Below are positions 1-7,281 of a stretch of DNA of 32,000 bases, one piece after another. The translations under genes and the position numbers were made by a program. Position 1 is the first letter of the stretch; every line of letters starts with the position of its first letter. The stretch lies in assembly GCF_900232105.1 (NCBI RefSeq), contig NZ_LT934425.1, forward strand, positions 1,260,001 through 1,292,000, written 5' to 3'. The notes below the pieces were generated by a model. The model was not told where the DNA came from and searched no databases. It worked only from the letters and a program-made list of their open reading frames with translations. The stretch is from Candidatus Kuenenia stuttgartensis (GTDB taxonomy: Bacteria > Planctomycetota > Brocadiia > Brocadiales > Brocadiaceae).

Positions 1-174
1 CAAATACCGTGAAAAATGCCTTGAAAAACAATAGTATTGTTCCGCATATAATTTTACTGCCTTCATATCTGCTTTTGTTCTGAATTTTTGCAAATATGGG
101 TGGTCGTTAACCGCCGGATGTTTTAAAACTTCTGCTTCCAGTTTGTCAAAAAATTCGTCAGTTGACATAGCCAT
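1..174 (-). CDS. Heme-oxygenase-like / CADD-PqqC-TenA-type iron-containing redox enzyme family protein; N-terminal fragment, gene continues past the window edge
   Basis: Reverse-strand ATG at 174-172, preceded by a GGAGG Shine-Dalgarno (SD) site (complement of cctcc at about 186-190). Translation is MAMSTDEFFDKLEAEVLKHPAVNDHPYLQKFRTKADMKAVKLYAEQYYCFSRHFSRYL. The HP-YL...L..YAEQYY.FS..F..YL pattern is typical of the N-terminus of heme-oxygenase-like di-iron proteins. Only 58 aa are visible. Confidence 0.5.
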   Translation of the reverse strand, partial: MAMSTDEFFDKLEAEVLKHPAVNDHPYLQKFRTKADMKAVKLYAEQYYCFSRHFSRYL

Positions 175-334
175 AATTATTAACTCCTCCTAAAAAGTAT
201 GTAGATTTATCAAAATATCTTAAAATTCAAACAAAGAATCACTAACAATATACTGCACTGAATTAATCAATACACCTCCTTTCTGCTTCATACAGGAATT
301 AAGAAAGCATTAAATTTCTTAAAATAATCCGCTC

Positions 335-742
335 TTATTTTATACCTTTACTGTTCAGATGTTCGCTATACCTCTGATCCGTTTCCTTAATATGTTTATT
401 CAGCCAATCGGTAAGGAATTTTGATACCTCTACGGTTAAGCTTACTTTTCCCGCATTGTAATCATTTTGAAGCGCTAATACCTTTGCAGTCATCTTGTCG
501 TGTTTGTCCTTGTGCTCAACATATTCCGGATAATCATGTTGCTTAAATATCTTCTCTTCTGCGGCAAAATGGAAACCTGTGTAATTTATCAATTTTTTTA
601 AAATATCACCAACAACGATCTTCCCCTTCCCCTGCCTCATAGCATCATCCAGATCGTTAATCATTCCTATTAGCTGCTTATGATGTCCATCAAACTCAGC
701 AATTTTTACACTATACTCATCTTTCCAGGTCATTAACGGCAT
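335..742 (-). CDS. Bacteriohemerythrin (hemerythrin-like metal-binding protein)
   Basis: 135-aa ORF. It starts MPLMTWKDEYSVKIAEFDGHHKQLI and carries the conserved His/Glu/Asp ligand motifs (HHKQL, HFAAEE, HKDKH, WLNKHIKETD). GGAG lies 8 nt upstream of the ATG. Confidence 0.9.
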   Translation of the reverse strand: MPLMTWKDEYSVKIAEFDGHHKQLIGMINDLDDAMRQGKGKIVVGDILKKLINYTGFHFAAEEKIFKQHDYPEYVEHKDKHDKMTAKVLALQNDYNAGKVSLTVEVSKFLTDWLNKHIKETDQRYSEHLNSKGIK

Positions 743-822
743 AATTCCATCTCCATAAATAATATTTCCTCTTTAAAAACCCAACGACTTTTTGGATATT
801 ACGTAGACTGTAGAACTCAGTG

Positions 823-838
823 AGCAATCGTTGTGCCT
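823..838 (-). promoter_or_regulatory. Candidate sigma54 (-24/-12) promoter for the hemerythrin gene
   Basis: The reverse complement of 823-838 is AGGCACAACGATTGCT, that is GGCAC-N5-TTGCT with GG-N10-GC spacing. This matches the consensus TGGCACG-N4-TTGCW. It lies about 80 nt upstream of the hemerythrin ATG, next to a sigma54-dependent activator gene. Confidence 0.6.
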
Positions 839-867
839 GAAAAAAATGCCTGTCTGTTATTTTGAAA

Positions 868-880
868 TAAATATTTGATA
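868..880 (-). promoter_or_regulatory. IHF-like binding site between the putative UAS and the sigma54 promoter
   Basis: The reverse complement is TATCAAATATTTA, which fits WATCAA-N4-TTR. It sits in an AT-rich tract between the palindromes and the -24/-12 element. Such matches are not rare in AT-rich DNA. Confidence 0.3.
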
Positions 881-958
881 TGATGAGAGTTATAACAATG
901 ATGATATTTTTGTTACAGGATGGATAAGTTTTTGAGAGGGGTTGTTAGCAGATTTTTC

Positions 959-1012
959 CGAAAAATTTTCGTATATTGGCTATATGCTGGCAAAGCGTAC
1001 GAATTTTTTTCG
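959..1012. promoter_or_regulatory. Two palindromes, candidate upstream activator sequences (UAS) for the NtrC-type regulator
   Basis: CGAAAAATTTTCG at 959-971 is a perfect CGAAAA-A-TTTTCG palindrome. CGAATTTTTTTCG lies at 1000-1012. Both fit CGAA-N5-TTCG, with centres 41 bp apart, 120-190 bp upstream of the -24 element. Confidence 0.35.
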
Positions 1013-1015
1013 CAT

Positions 1016-2362
1016 TCAGCACCATTCTTTGGTTTTGTATTCGATTTTTCGTGTAGATATACCCAATATTTTTGCAGCGGATTGTTTGCTGCCATTAGTT
1101 ATTTGGAGGGTTCTTTGGATGATCTCTTTTTCGGCTTCTTTTAAGGTAGTGCCTATGGGTATTTTAATTACCGGGATATATTCATTGTCCGGCATAATGC
1201 TCTCCGGCAAATGATCAACGGAAATGGTATCGCTTTTACACAATACAATAGCCCGTTCTATGGTATTTTGCAGTTCCCTGATATTGCCCTGCCAATGGTG
1301 GGAAAGGAGCGCTTTTATGGCCTCCGGGTCGAAACCTTTTATCTCTTTCTTGTATTTTTTTGCATATTTAACGGCAAAATAATTTGAAAGAATGGGAATG
1401 TCGTCTTTTCTTTCTCTCAGGGGGGGCATTTGAATGTTGATAACGTTTAGGCGGTAAAATAAATCCTCCCGGAATCTACCTTCGGAGACTTCTTCTTCAA
1501 GGTTCCGGTTTGTTGCGGCGATACACCTCACATCCACTTTTATGGTCTTTTCACCCCCAACACGTTCAAATTCTCCTTTTTCCAGTACGCGCAATAATTT
1601 GACCTGAACTTTCAGACTCATTTCTGCTAATTCGTCCAGAAAAAGGGTTCCGCCGTCTGCCAGTTCAAACCGTCCCTTTCGTGATTGTATCGCCCCCGTA
1701 AAGGCACCCTTTTCGTGTCCGAATAATTCACTCTCGAGTATTCCTTCAGATAGTGCGGCGCAATGCAATGCCACGAATGGTTTTCCGGCCCTTTCGCTCC
1801 TGTAATGTATGGCGTGTGCTACAAGTTCCTTTCCCGTTCCCGTCTCTCCCATAATAAGAACAGATGCCGTACTGGGGGCAACGTCTTCAATCATTTTAAA
1901 AATCCGATGCATTTGCGGAGAGCCGCCCACCAGCTCGGAAAATGTATACTTATCTTTCAGCTCTTCCTTTAACAGCCGGTTTTGGATTACGAGTTGTTGT
2001 TTCTCCCGAAGTTTTTCCAAAACCAATTCAAGTTCTTCCACGTCTACCGGCTTTGCTAAATATTCATCAGCTCCATGTTTCACCGCGTTTACCGCCGATT
2101 TGATAGAACTGTACGCCGTTACAACGACAATGGCAATAGATGAGTTTTTTTTCTTTATTTCCTGGAGCAATAACAGCCCTCCCATACCGGGAAGCTTCAT
2201 GTCTGTTATAACAATATCAAAGCTTTCCCTTGAGAGTTGATTTAAGGCGTCATAGCCGGAAGAGACACCTACAGCGGTATATCCGTCTCTTCTCAAAATC
2301 TGTATCAATCCGTCGAGGGTATTTTTATCGTCTTCAACCACTAACAGCTTTGGTTTTGTCAT
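1016..2362 (-). CDS. Sigma54-dependent two-component response regulator (NtrC family: REC + AAA+ + Fis-type HTH)
   Basis: 448 aa. The receiver domain has DIVITDMKLPGMGG. The Walker A motif is GETGTGKE. The sigma54-contact loop GAFTGA is present (EKGAFTGA). The C-terminal HTH is SKQSAAKILGISTRKIEYK. Confidence 0.93.
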   Translation of the reverse strand: MTKPKLLVVEDDKNTLDGLIQILRRDGYTAVGVSSGYDALNQLSRESFDIVITDMKLPGMGGLLLLQEIKKKNSSIAIVVVTAYSSIKSAVNAVKHGADEYLAKPVDVEELELVLEKLREKQQLVIQNRLLKEELKDKYTFSELVGGSPQMHRIFKMIEDVAPSTASVLIMGETGTGKELVAHAIHYRSERAGKPFVALHCAALSEGILESELFGHEKGAFTGAIQSRKGRFELADGGTLFLDELAEMSLKVQVKLLRVLEKGEFERVGGEKTIKVDVRCIAATNRNLEEEVSEGRFREDLFYRLNVINIQMPPLRERKDDIPILSNYFAVKYAKKYKKEIKGFDPEAIKALLSHHWQGNIRELQNTIERAIVLCKSDTISVDHLPESIMPDNEYIPVIKIPIGTTLKEAEKEIIQRTLQITNGSKQSAAKILGISTRKIEYKTKEWC

Positions 2363-2380
2363 GAGGTAATGAACCCTTTT

Positions 2381-3466
2381 TTAATCCTGATTAACAGGAA
2401 TAGTAATAAAAAATGTACTGCCAACGTCAGATGTCGCCATCCGTATCATTCCGCCATGATTCTGTATGATATTTTGCGCGGAAGAAAGGCCTATGCCGGT
2501 GCCGCCATCCTTGGTAGTATAGAATAAATCAAATATCTTTTCCCTGAATTCTTCCGGTATGCCTGGTCCCGTATCCTGACAGGCAATAACGATTTCGTCT
2601 TTTACACCGCTGGCACTTACATGTAATTCCCCGCCGTCCGGCATTGCTTCAATGCTGTTGATAAGAATATTTAATATCGCCTGTTTTATCTTATCTTTGT
2701 CAATATACGGAGCCGGAATATTTTCCATTACGTCTAATTTCAATTGAATGCCATTGAGTTGCGCCTGTGGAGTAAGTAAGGCAATTATATCCGTGAGCAT
2801 TTCGCGAATGCTTGCATAGCTTCTGCTTAACTTGCCTGTTTTTGCAAACTGCAGACATTCCTCCACAAAACTGCTGAGACGGTTGATTTCATTTTGAACA
2901 ATTGTCACAATTTTCAACAATTCATTTTTTGGGGAATTGCCATTGTCGTAACTATCGTTGATTTCGTGTTTTAGCAATAACAATTGAAGATTCATGGCAT
3001 TGAGGGGGTTTTTTATCTCATGCGCCAATTCAGAGGCGAGCGTTCCAAGGGAAGATAGTGTTTTTGATTTGAGTACCTCGTCGGAAAATCTTTTTGCTTC
3101 GCTAACATCTTCTATGACAGAAATGATGTGTGTAACCCTTCCTTCTTTATCCTTAATAGGGGAAACATTTACCCTTATCCATGATTCGCTGTTATCGCCC
3201 CTGTTAATCAAAAGTTCCCGCGAACCCTGAGAAAGACGGCCATTCAGGATTTCTGTACCGGGACAACACTTATCCGTTATACATAACCCCGTTGAAGTAT
3301 GGCACTTAAAAATAGCACCACAATCCTTTCCGACAACTTCATCTTTGGTTCTTTTCGTAATTTTTTCGCAGGCATGATTAAAAAAAACAACCCGGCGATG
3401 TGCATCCTGGATCATTATCCCCCGGCTGGTGTGATCTAATGCCTGGCTTAAAATGTAATTTTCCAC
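2381..3466 (-). CDS. Cytoplasmic PAS-domain sensor histidine kinase (HisKA + HATPase_c)
   Basis: The H-box is ELAHEIKNPLN. The N, G1 and G2 boxes are NILINSIEAM, DTGPGIP and GGTGIGL. There is no transmembrane segment. The ORF track starts at TTG 3481, but GTG at 3466-3464 sits 7 nt after a GGAGG (3478-3474), so I prefer that start. The gene ends 18 nt before the regulator gene. Confidence 0.9.
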   Translation of the reverse strand: MENYILSQALDHTSRGIMIQDAHRRVVFFNHACEKITKRTKDEVVGKDCGAIFKCHTSTGLCITDKCCPGTEILNGRLSQGSRELLINRGDNSESWIRVNVSPIKDKEGRVTHIISVIEDVSEAKRFSDEVLKSKTLSSLGTLASELAHEIKNPLNAMNLQLLLLKHEINDSYDNGNSPKNELLKIVTIVQNEINRLSSFVEECLQFAKTGKLSRSYASIREMLTDIIALLTPQAQLNGIQLKLDVMENIPAPYIDKDKIKQAILNILINSIEAMPDGGELHVSASGVKDEIVIACQDTGPGIPEEFREKIFDLFYTTKDGGTGIGLSSAQNIIQNHGGMIRMATSDVGSTFFITIPVNQD

Positions 3467-3602
3467 ACTAAAACCTCCCAAAAATTTACGTTTTTAAGGG
3501 TATCACAATTTCTAAAAAAGTAAATATAAAATAACATATCATATTCAACCAGAAATAATTGCGATAATCTTTATCGCCTCATTTTGCCGGTTAATAAAAC
3601 GC

Positions 3603-3632
3603 TTGACACTATTATTCATAATTCGGTATCAT
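3603..3632 (+). promoter_or_regulatory. Candidate sigma70 promoter facing gltX
   Basis: TTGACA (3603-3608), an 18-nt spacer, then TATCAT (3627-3632). It would give a leader of about 300 nt before gltX. Confidence 0.3.
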
Positions 3633-3778
3633 ATTTTCAATTATGTATTTCACCTGAGATATTCACTGCCAGATACTGACGGAGCGTAAAGAAGGGAAAC
3701 CGGCAGCAGTTTAACGTACTAACATTACAACAACCCTGCCCTAAAACCAGCTTTTTCTTGCCCAGGCGTAATTACGTC

Positions 3779-3863
3779 ATAGTACCTTATCGCTTATTTC
3801 TTTGCACACTTCCATTCGTCAGTGCGTGCTTTTTGCAAAATATTTAATGGTGAAATCCGAAAC
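3779..3863. repeat. Intergenic repeat, module 1, copy A
   Basis: ATAGTACCTTATCGCTTATTTCTTTGCACACTTCCATTCGTCAGTGCGTGCTTTTTGCAAAATATTTAATGGTGAAATCCGAAAC aligns at roughly 85% identity with 15113-15199. Confidence 0.8.
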
Positions 3864-3937
3864 GAATTATTCATTTGTAAGTTTATGACGGATTTTTTAA
3901 TCTGTGTGATATGTGGTTTCCCTTTCGTAATTTGTGA

Positions 3938-5326
3938 GTGCTTGGTTCTGGTTTGTCCATGTTAGATTCAATGAATAAAAATGATGATGTAATATCAGGA
4001 GTAAGAGTCCGGTTTGCACCCAGTCCGACCGGTTATTTACATATTGGCGGCGCAAGGACGGCTCTTTTTAACTGGTTATTTGCAAGACATAATAACGGTG
4101 TATTTCTCCTGCGGATTGAAGATACCGATCAGCAGCGTTCTACGAAAGAAGCAACGCAGGCTATTTTAGAGAGTATGAAATGGCTTGGTTTGGATTGGGA
4201 TGAAGGGCCATATTTTCAAAGCCAACGATTGCCGATATATAAACGATATGCCGAACAACTGGTAGCGCAGGGAAATGCATATTATGACACCGATGCGGAA
4301 GGGCGCACTGCAATTCGGTTTAAGATGCAAGATAATGTTATCATACTCAATGACCTTGTTCACGGCGCAATAACATTTGATGCTGCTGTTATTGAAGACT
4401 TTGTTATTCTTAAGGCAGACGGTTTTCCCAGCTATAACTTCGCTTGCGTAGTGGATGATGCTGATATGAAAATTACCCATGTGATTCGCGGTGATGATCA
4501 TATCTCAAATACACCAAAACAAATAGCACTGTATAACGCCATGGAAGTACGGTTGCCTGAATATGCACACATTCCAATGATCTTAGGTGAAGATGGTTCC
4601 AGGTTGAGCAAACGCCACGGGGCAACGTCTGTCACTGAATACAGAGACAAAGGGTATTTGCCTCAGGCGCTTGTAAACTTTCTTGCTTTGCTGGGGTGGT
4701 CTCCGGGAAACGACCAGGAAATACTATCGATGAGGGAAATGATTGAAAAATTTTCCTTAAAGCGCGTGAACAAAACCAGTGCGCAATTCGACAATACTAA
4801 ATTAAATTGGATGAGTGGCCAGTATATCAAAAACACCTCCATTGAAGAACTTACCGCTGCTGCCAGGTTGTTTTTTGAAAAATCGGATATCGATACCACG
4901 GGAATCTCAATAAATCGGCTGTCAAGATTGATAGAATTGTACCATGAACGGTTTAAAAATCTCCAGGAATTGGTTGATCAAACGAGGTTTTTCTTTACGG
5001 ATTCCGTTGAATATGATCCGGCAGCAACAGATAAATTCCTTAAAAGAGAAGGAATTTCTGAGATATTAAAGGAGGTTTATTCAGCGATTTCTCTCCTGAA
5101 CAGTTTTGACAGACAAGGGTTGGAAGGGTGTTTGAGAGATTTAACCGCAAAAGCGGGTATTGGTTTTTCCAAAATCGCCCAACCTATAAGAGTTGCAATA
5201 ACAGGCAGAAGCGCCAGCGCTGGTATCTTTGAAACAATGGAACTCCTTGGAAAAGAAACCACACTTAAAAGGCTTGAAAACACCATTAAAAACATGGACG
5301 GCATCACGAATGCCGTTGGGTTGTAA
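3938..5326 (+). CDS. gltX: Glutamyl-tRNA synthetase
   Basis: HIGH motif PSPTGYLHIGGARTAL and KMSKS-like motif RLSKRHG; full-length class I GluRS. The start is uncertain: GTG 3938, ATG 3959 or ATG 3971, with no clear SD. Confidence 0.93.
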   Translation: MLGSGLSMLDSMNKNDDVISGVRVRFAPSPTGYLHIGGARTALFNWLFARHNNGVFLLRIEDTDQQRSTKEATQAILESMKWLGLDWDEGPYFQSQRLPIYKRYAEQLVAQGNAYYDTDAEGRTAIRFKMQDNVIILNDLVHGAITFDAAVIEDFVILKADGFPSYNFACVVDDADMKITHVIRGDDHISNTPKQIALYNAMEVRLPEYAHIPMILGEDGSRLSKRHGATSVTEYRDKGYLPQALVNFLALLGWSPGNDQEILSMREMIEKFSLKRVNKTSAQFDNTKLNWMSGQYIKNTSIEELTAAARLFFEKSDIDTTGISINRLSRLIELYHERFKNLQELVDQTRFFFTDSVEYDPAATDKFLKREGISEILKEVYSAISLLNSFDRQGLEGCLRDLTAKAGIGFSKIAQPIRVAITGRSASAGIFETMELLGKETTLKRLENTIKNMDGITNAVGL

Positions 5327-5336
5327 CAAACATACT

Positions 5337-5365
5337 GTAGAGACAGGTTTAAAACCTGTCTCTAC
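5337..5365. terminator. Perfect palindrome / strong hairpin 10 nt after the gltX stop
   Basis: GTAGAGACAGG-TTTAAAA-CCTGTCTCTAC has an 11-bp perfect stem and a 7-nt loop. No T-tract follows, so it may be a factor-dependent or RNA-stabilising hairpin, or a repeat element, rather than a classic intrinsic terminator. Confidence 0.45.
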
Positions 5366-5407
5366 TACGGTAATCAAAGTACGAAAGCCGCGCTTGTTTT
5401 GCATTTC

Positions 5408-5442
5408 AAATCATTTTGTCATTAGGATTTGTTTCGTATTTC
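5408..5442. repeat. Intergenic repeat, module 2 (hairpin-arm) copy
   Basis: AAATCATTTTGTCATTAGGATTTGTTTCGTATTTC matches the arm and flank of the 15199-15250 hairpin. Shared strings are TTGTCATTAG[A/G]A[G/T]TTGTTT and CTAATGACAAAATGATTT in reverse complement. TTTCGTATTT is also duplicated locally at 5432-5441 and 5453-5462. Confidence 0.6.
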
Positions 5443-5522
5443 GTGCGTCGAATTTCGTATTTTTTATTTCATGGTGTCTTGTCCAGGTTGGGGGGCGTTA
5501 TTCTTTTTCAGGGCAATTTTGA

Positions 5523-6086
5523 ATGGGCGTAAGGCTTTTTATTGCGATTGAGATTACAGATGCTGTCCGGGAAAAAGTATTACATTTTCAAAATGACCTT
5601 AAAAAGGCTTCTGCTGATGTAAAATGGGTGGCGCCTGAAAATCTTCATATTACACTAAAATTTATTGGCAATACGGATGAAGAGAAGATTTGCGGGATTG
5701 TTGACGTTATTCATCAATCTGTCATTGAGATAAAACCATTTGATATTCGCTATAGTGGCGCCGGTACTTTTCCCGCTGGTAAATATCCGCGTGTAATCTT
5801 TGCCGGAGCTGTGGATTCAAGCGGCGCCCTGGCTTCAATTTATGAAAGATTAAACAGGCACTTAACCGCGCTTGGAGTACCATACGATGAACATACATTT
5901 GAGGCGCATATTACTGTCGGGCGGGTTAAAACACATAAAAATATAAAGAAACTTATGGAGTGTGTACATTCATACAAAGAATTTACCTTTGGGCAAGAAA
6001 GCATTGATCATCTGGTGTTAATGAAGAGCAATCTCACTCGGGAGGGGCCGATATACACAAGGATAAGTAATATTTGTTTTGCGTAA
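5523..6086 (+). CDS. thpR: RNA 2',3'-cyclic phosphodiesterase (2'-5' RNA ligase family, 2H phosphoesterase)
   Basis: 187 aa with the two diagnostic H-x-T-x motifs (HITLKF and HITVGR). Its position immediately upstream of recA is common in bacteria. Confidence 0.88.
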   Translation: MGVRLFIAIEITDAVREKVLHFQNDLKKASADVKWVAPENLHITLKFIGNTDEEKICGIVDVIHQSVIEIKPFDIRYSGAGTFPAGKYPRVIFAGAVDSSGALASIYERLNRHLTALGVPYDEHTFEAHITVGRVKTHKNIKKLMECVHSYKEFTFGQESIDHLVLMKSNLTREGPIYTRISNICFA

Positions 6087-6183
6087 CTTCATTATAATAT
6101 TACTATCAAAAAAAGGGTTTTTATTTAGCGCATGCAAATCATATTATTTTTATAAACGATAACTTTATCTTTCTCTTACAAAT

Positions 6184-7278
6184 ATGACTACTAATACAGA
6201 AATACCTGATAAAGAAAAACGGCAGCAAGCATTGGAGAGAGCAATTTCGCATATCGATAAACAGTTTGGAAAAGGGACGATAATGAAATTAGGGGGCGAT
6301 ACGAAACTGGATGTTCCCGTAATTTCTACTGGTGCGTTATCATTAGATGTTGCGCTTGGCGTGGGGGGAATTCCGCGTGGAAGAGTCATTGAAATATTCG
6401 GGCAGGAATCTTCTGGCAAAACCACCCTAACGCTTCAAATTATCGCAAATGCGCAGAGGGGTGGCGGGGTAGCTGCATTTATCGATGCTGAACATGCGCT
6501 GGACTCCGAATATGCAAAAAGATTGGGTGTAAATTTGAATGACTTAATGGTCAATCAGCCAGACACCGGAGAACAAGCGCTGGAGATAGCCGAACTGCTC
6601 GTAAGGAGCAATGCGGTTGACGTAATAGTGATTGACTCGGTAGCGGCCCTTGTGCCACGCGCTGAAATTGAAGGAGAAATGGGAGATACACATATAGGAT
6701 TACAGGCAAGGTTGATGTCGCAGGCATTACGCAAGCTCACCGCGTGCATTTCAAAATCAAGAACAAGCGTAATTTTTATCAATCAGATTCGTGAAAAGAT
6801 TGGCGTTATGTATGGAGGAAACCCGGAAACCACGCCTGGAGGCAGGGCATTAAAATTTTATGCGTCGGTGCGTATTGATATTCGGAGGATTGGAAGTATA
6901 AAAGACGGTGATGCAATAATCGGAAGCAGAGTCCGCGCCACTATTGCAAAAAATAAGGTTGCAGCGCCTTTTAAAAGAGCGGAGTTTGACATCCTTTACA
7001 ACACAGGCATATCGCGGGCAGGAGACATCCTTGACCTTGGCGCTGAACATAATATTATTGAAAAATCGGGAACGTGGTATTCATATAGAGAAACCCGGCT
7101 GGGGCAGGGCAGAGAGAATTCCAGGCAATTCCTCACGGAACATCCTGAAATGATGAAAGAGATTGAACAATCAATCCTGAAAATAGTACTGCCTTCTGCG
7201 GCATCTCAAAAGCCTCCCGACTCCCCCCCTGAAAGTACGGAAAAAAGCACACCTTCGAAGAGAGCGAAAAGTAATTAA
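6184..7278 (+). CDS. recA: Recombinase RecA
   Basis: Walker [10 protein letters not shown], and canonical RecA sequence throughout ([22 protein letters not shown]..., [33 protein letters not shown]). It has a Pro/Ser/Lys-rich C-terminal tail. Confidence 0.98.
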   Translation: MTTNTEIPDKEKRQQALERAISHIDKQFGKGTIMKLGGDTKLDVPVISTGALSLDVALGVGGIPRGRVIEIFGQESSGKTTLTLQIIANAQRGGGVAAFIDAEHALDSEYAKRLGVNLNDLMVNQPDTGEQALEIAELLVRSNAVDVIVIDSVAALVPRAEIEGEMGDTHIGLQARLMSQALRKLTACISKSRTSVIFINQIREKIGVMYGGNPETTPGGRALKFYASVRIDIRRIGSIKDGDAIIGSRVRATIAKNKVAAPFKRAEFDILYNTGISRAGDILDLGAEHNIIEKSGTWYSYRETRLGQGRENSRQFLTEHPEMMKEIEQSILKIVLPSAASQKPPDSPPESTEKSTPSKRAKSN

Positions 7279-7281
7279 CGT

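Noticed and set aside
220-270. Tiny 16-codon ORF (TTG LINSVQYIVSDSLFEF*) behind a strong AGGAGG (complement of 275-280) between the hemerythrin and the heme-oxygenase-like gene
   Set aside because: The SD-to-start spacing is only about 4 nt, the start is TTG, and conservation cannot be assessed. There is not enough evidence to call a micropeptide.
297-322. AT-rich hairpin TTAAGAAA-N8-TTTCTTAA just downstream of the hemerythrin stop, as a possible terminator
   Set aside because: The stem is entirely A/T-rich apart from one G-C pair, and no U-tract follows on the minus strand. It cannot be distinguished from chance structure in AT-rich DNA.
913-1214. Small ORFs (60-90 aa) on both strands around the regulator 3' end
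   Set aside because: They overlap the regulator CDS or the regulatory gap and have no SD or motifs. The region is better explained by the promoter and UAS elements.
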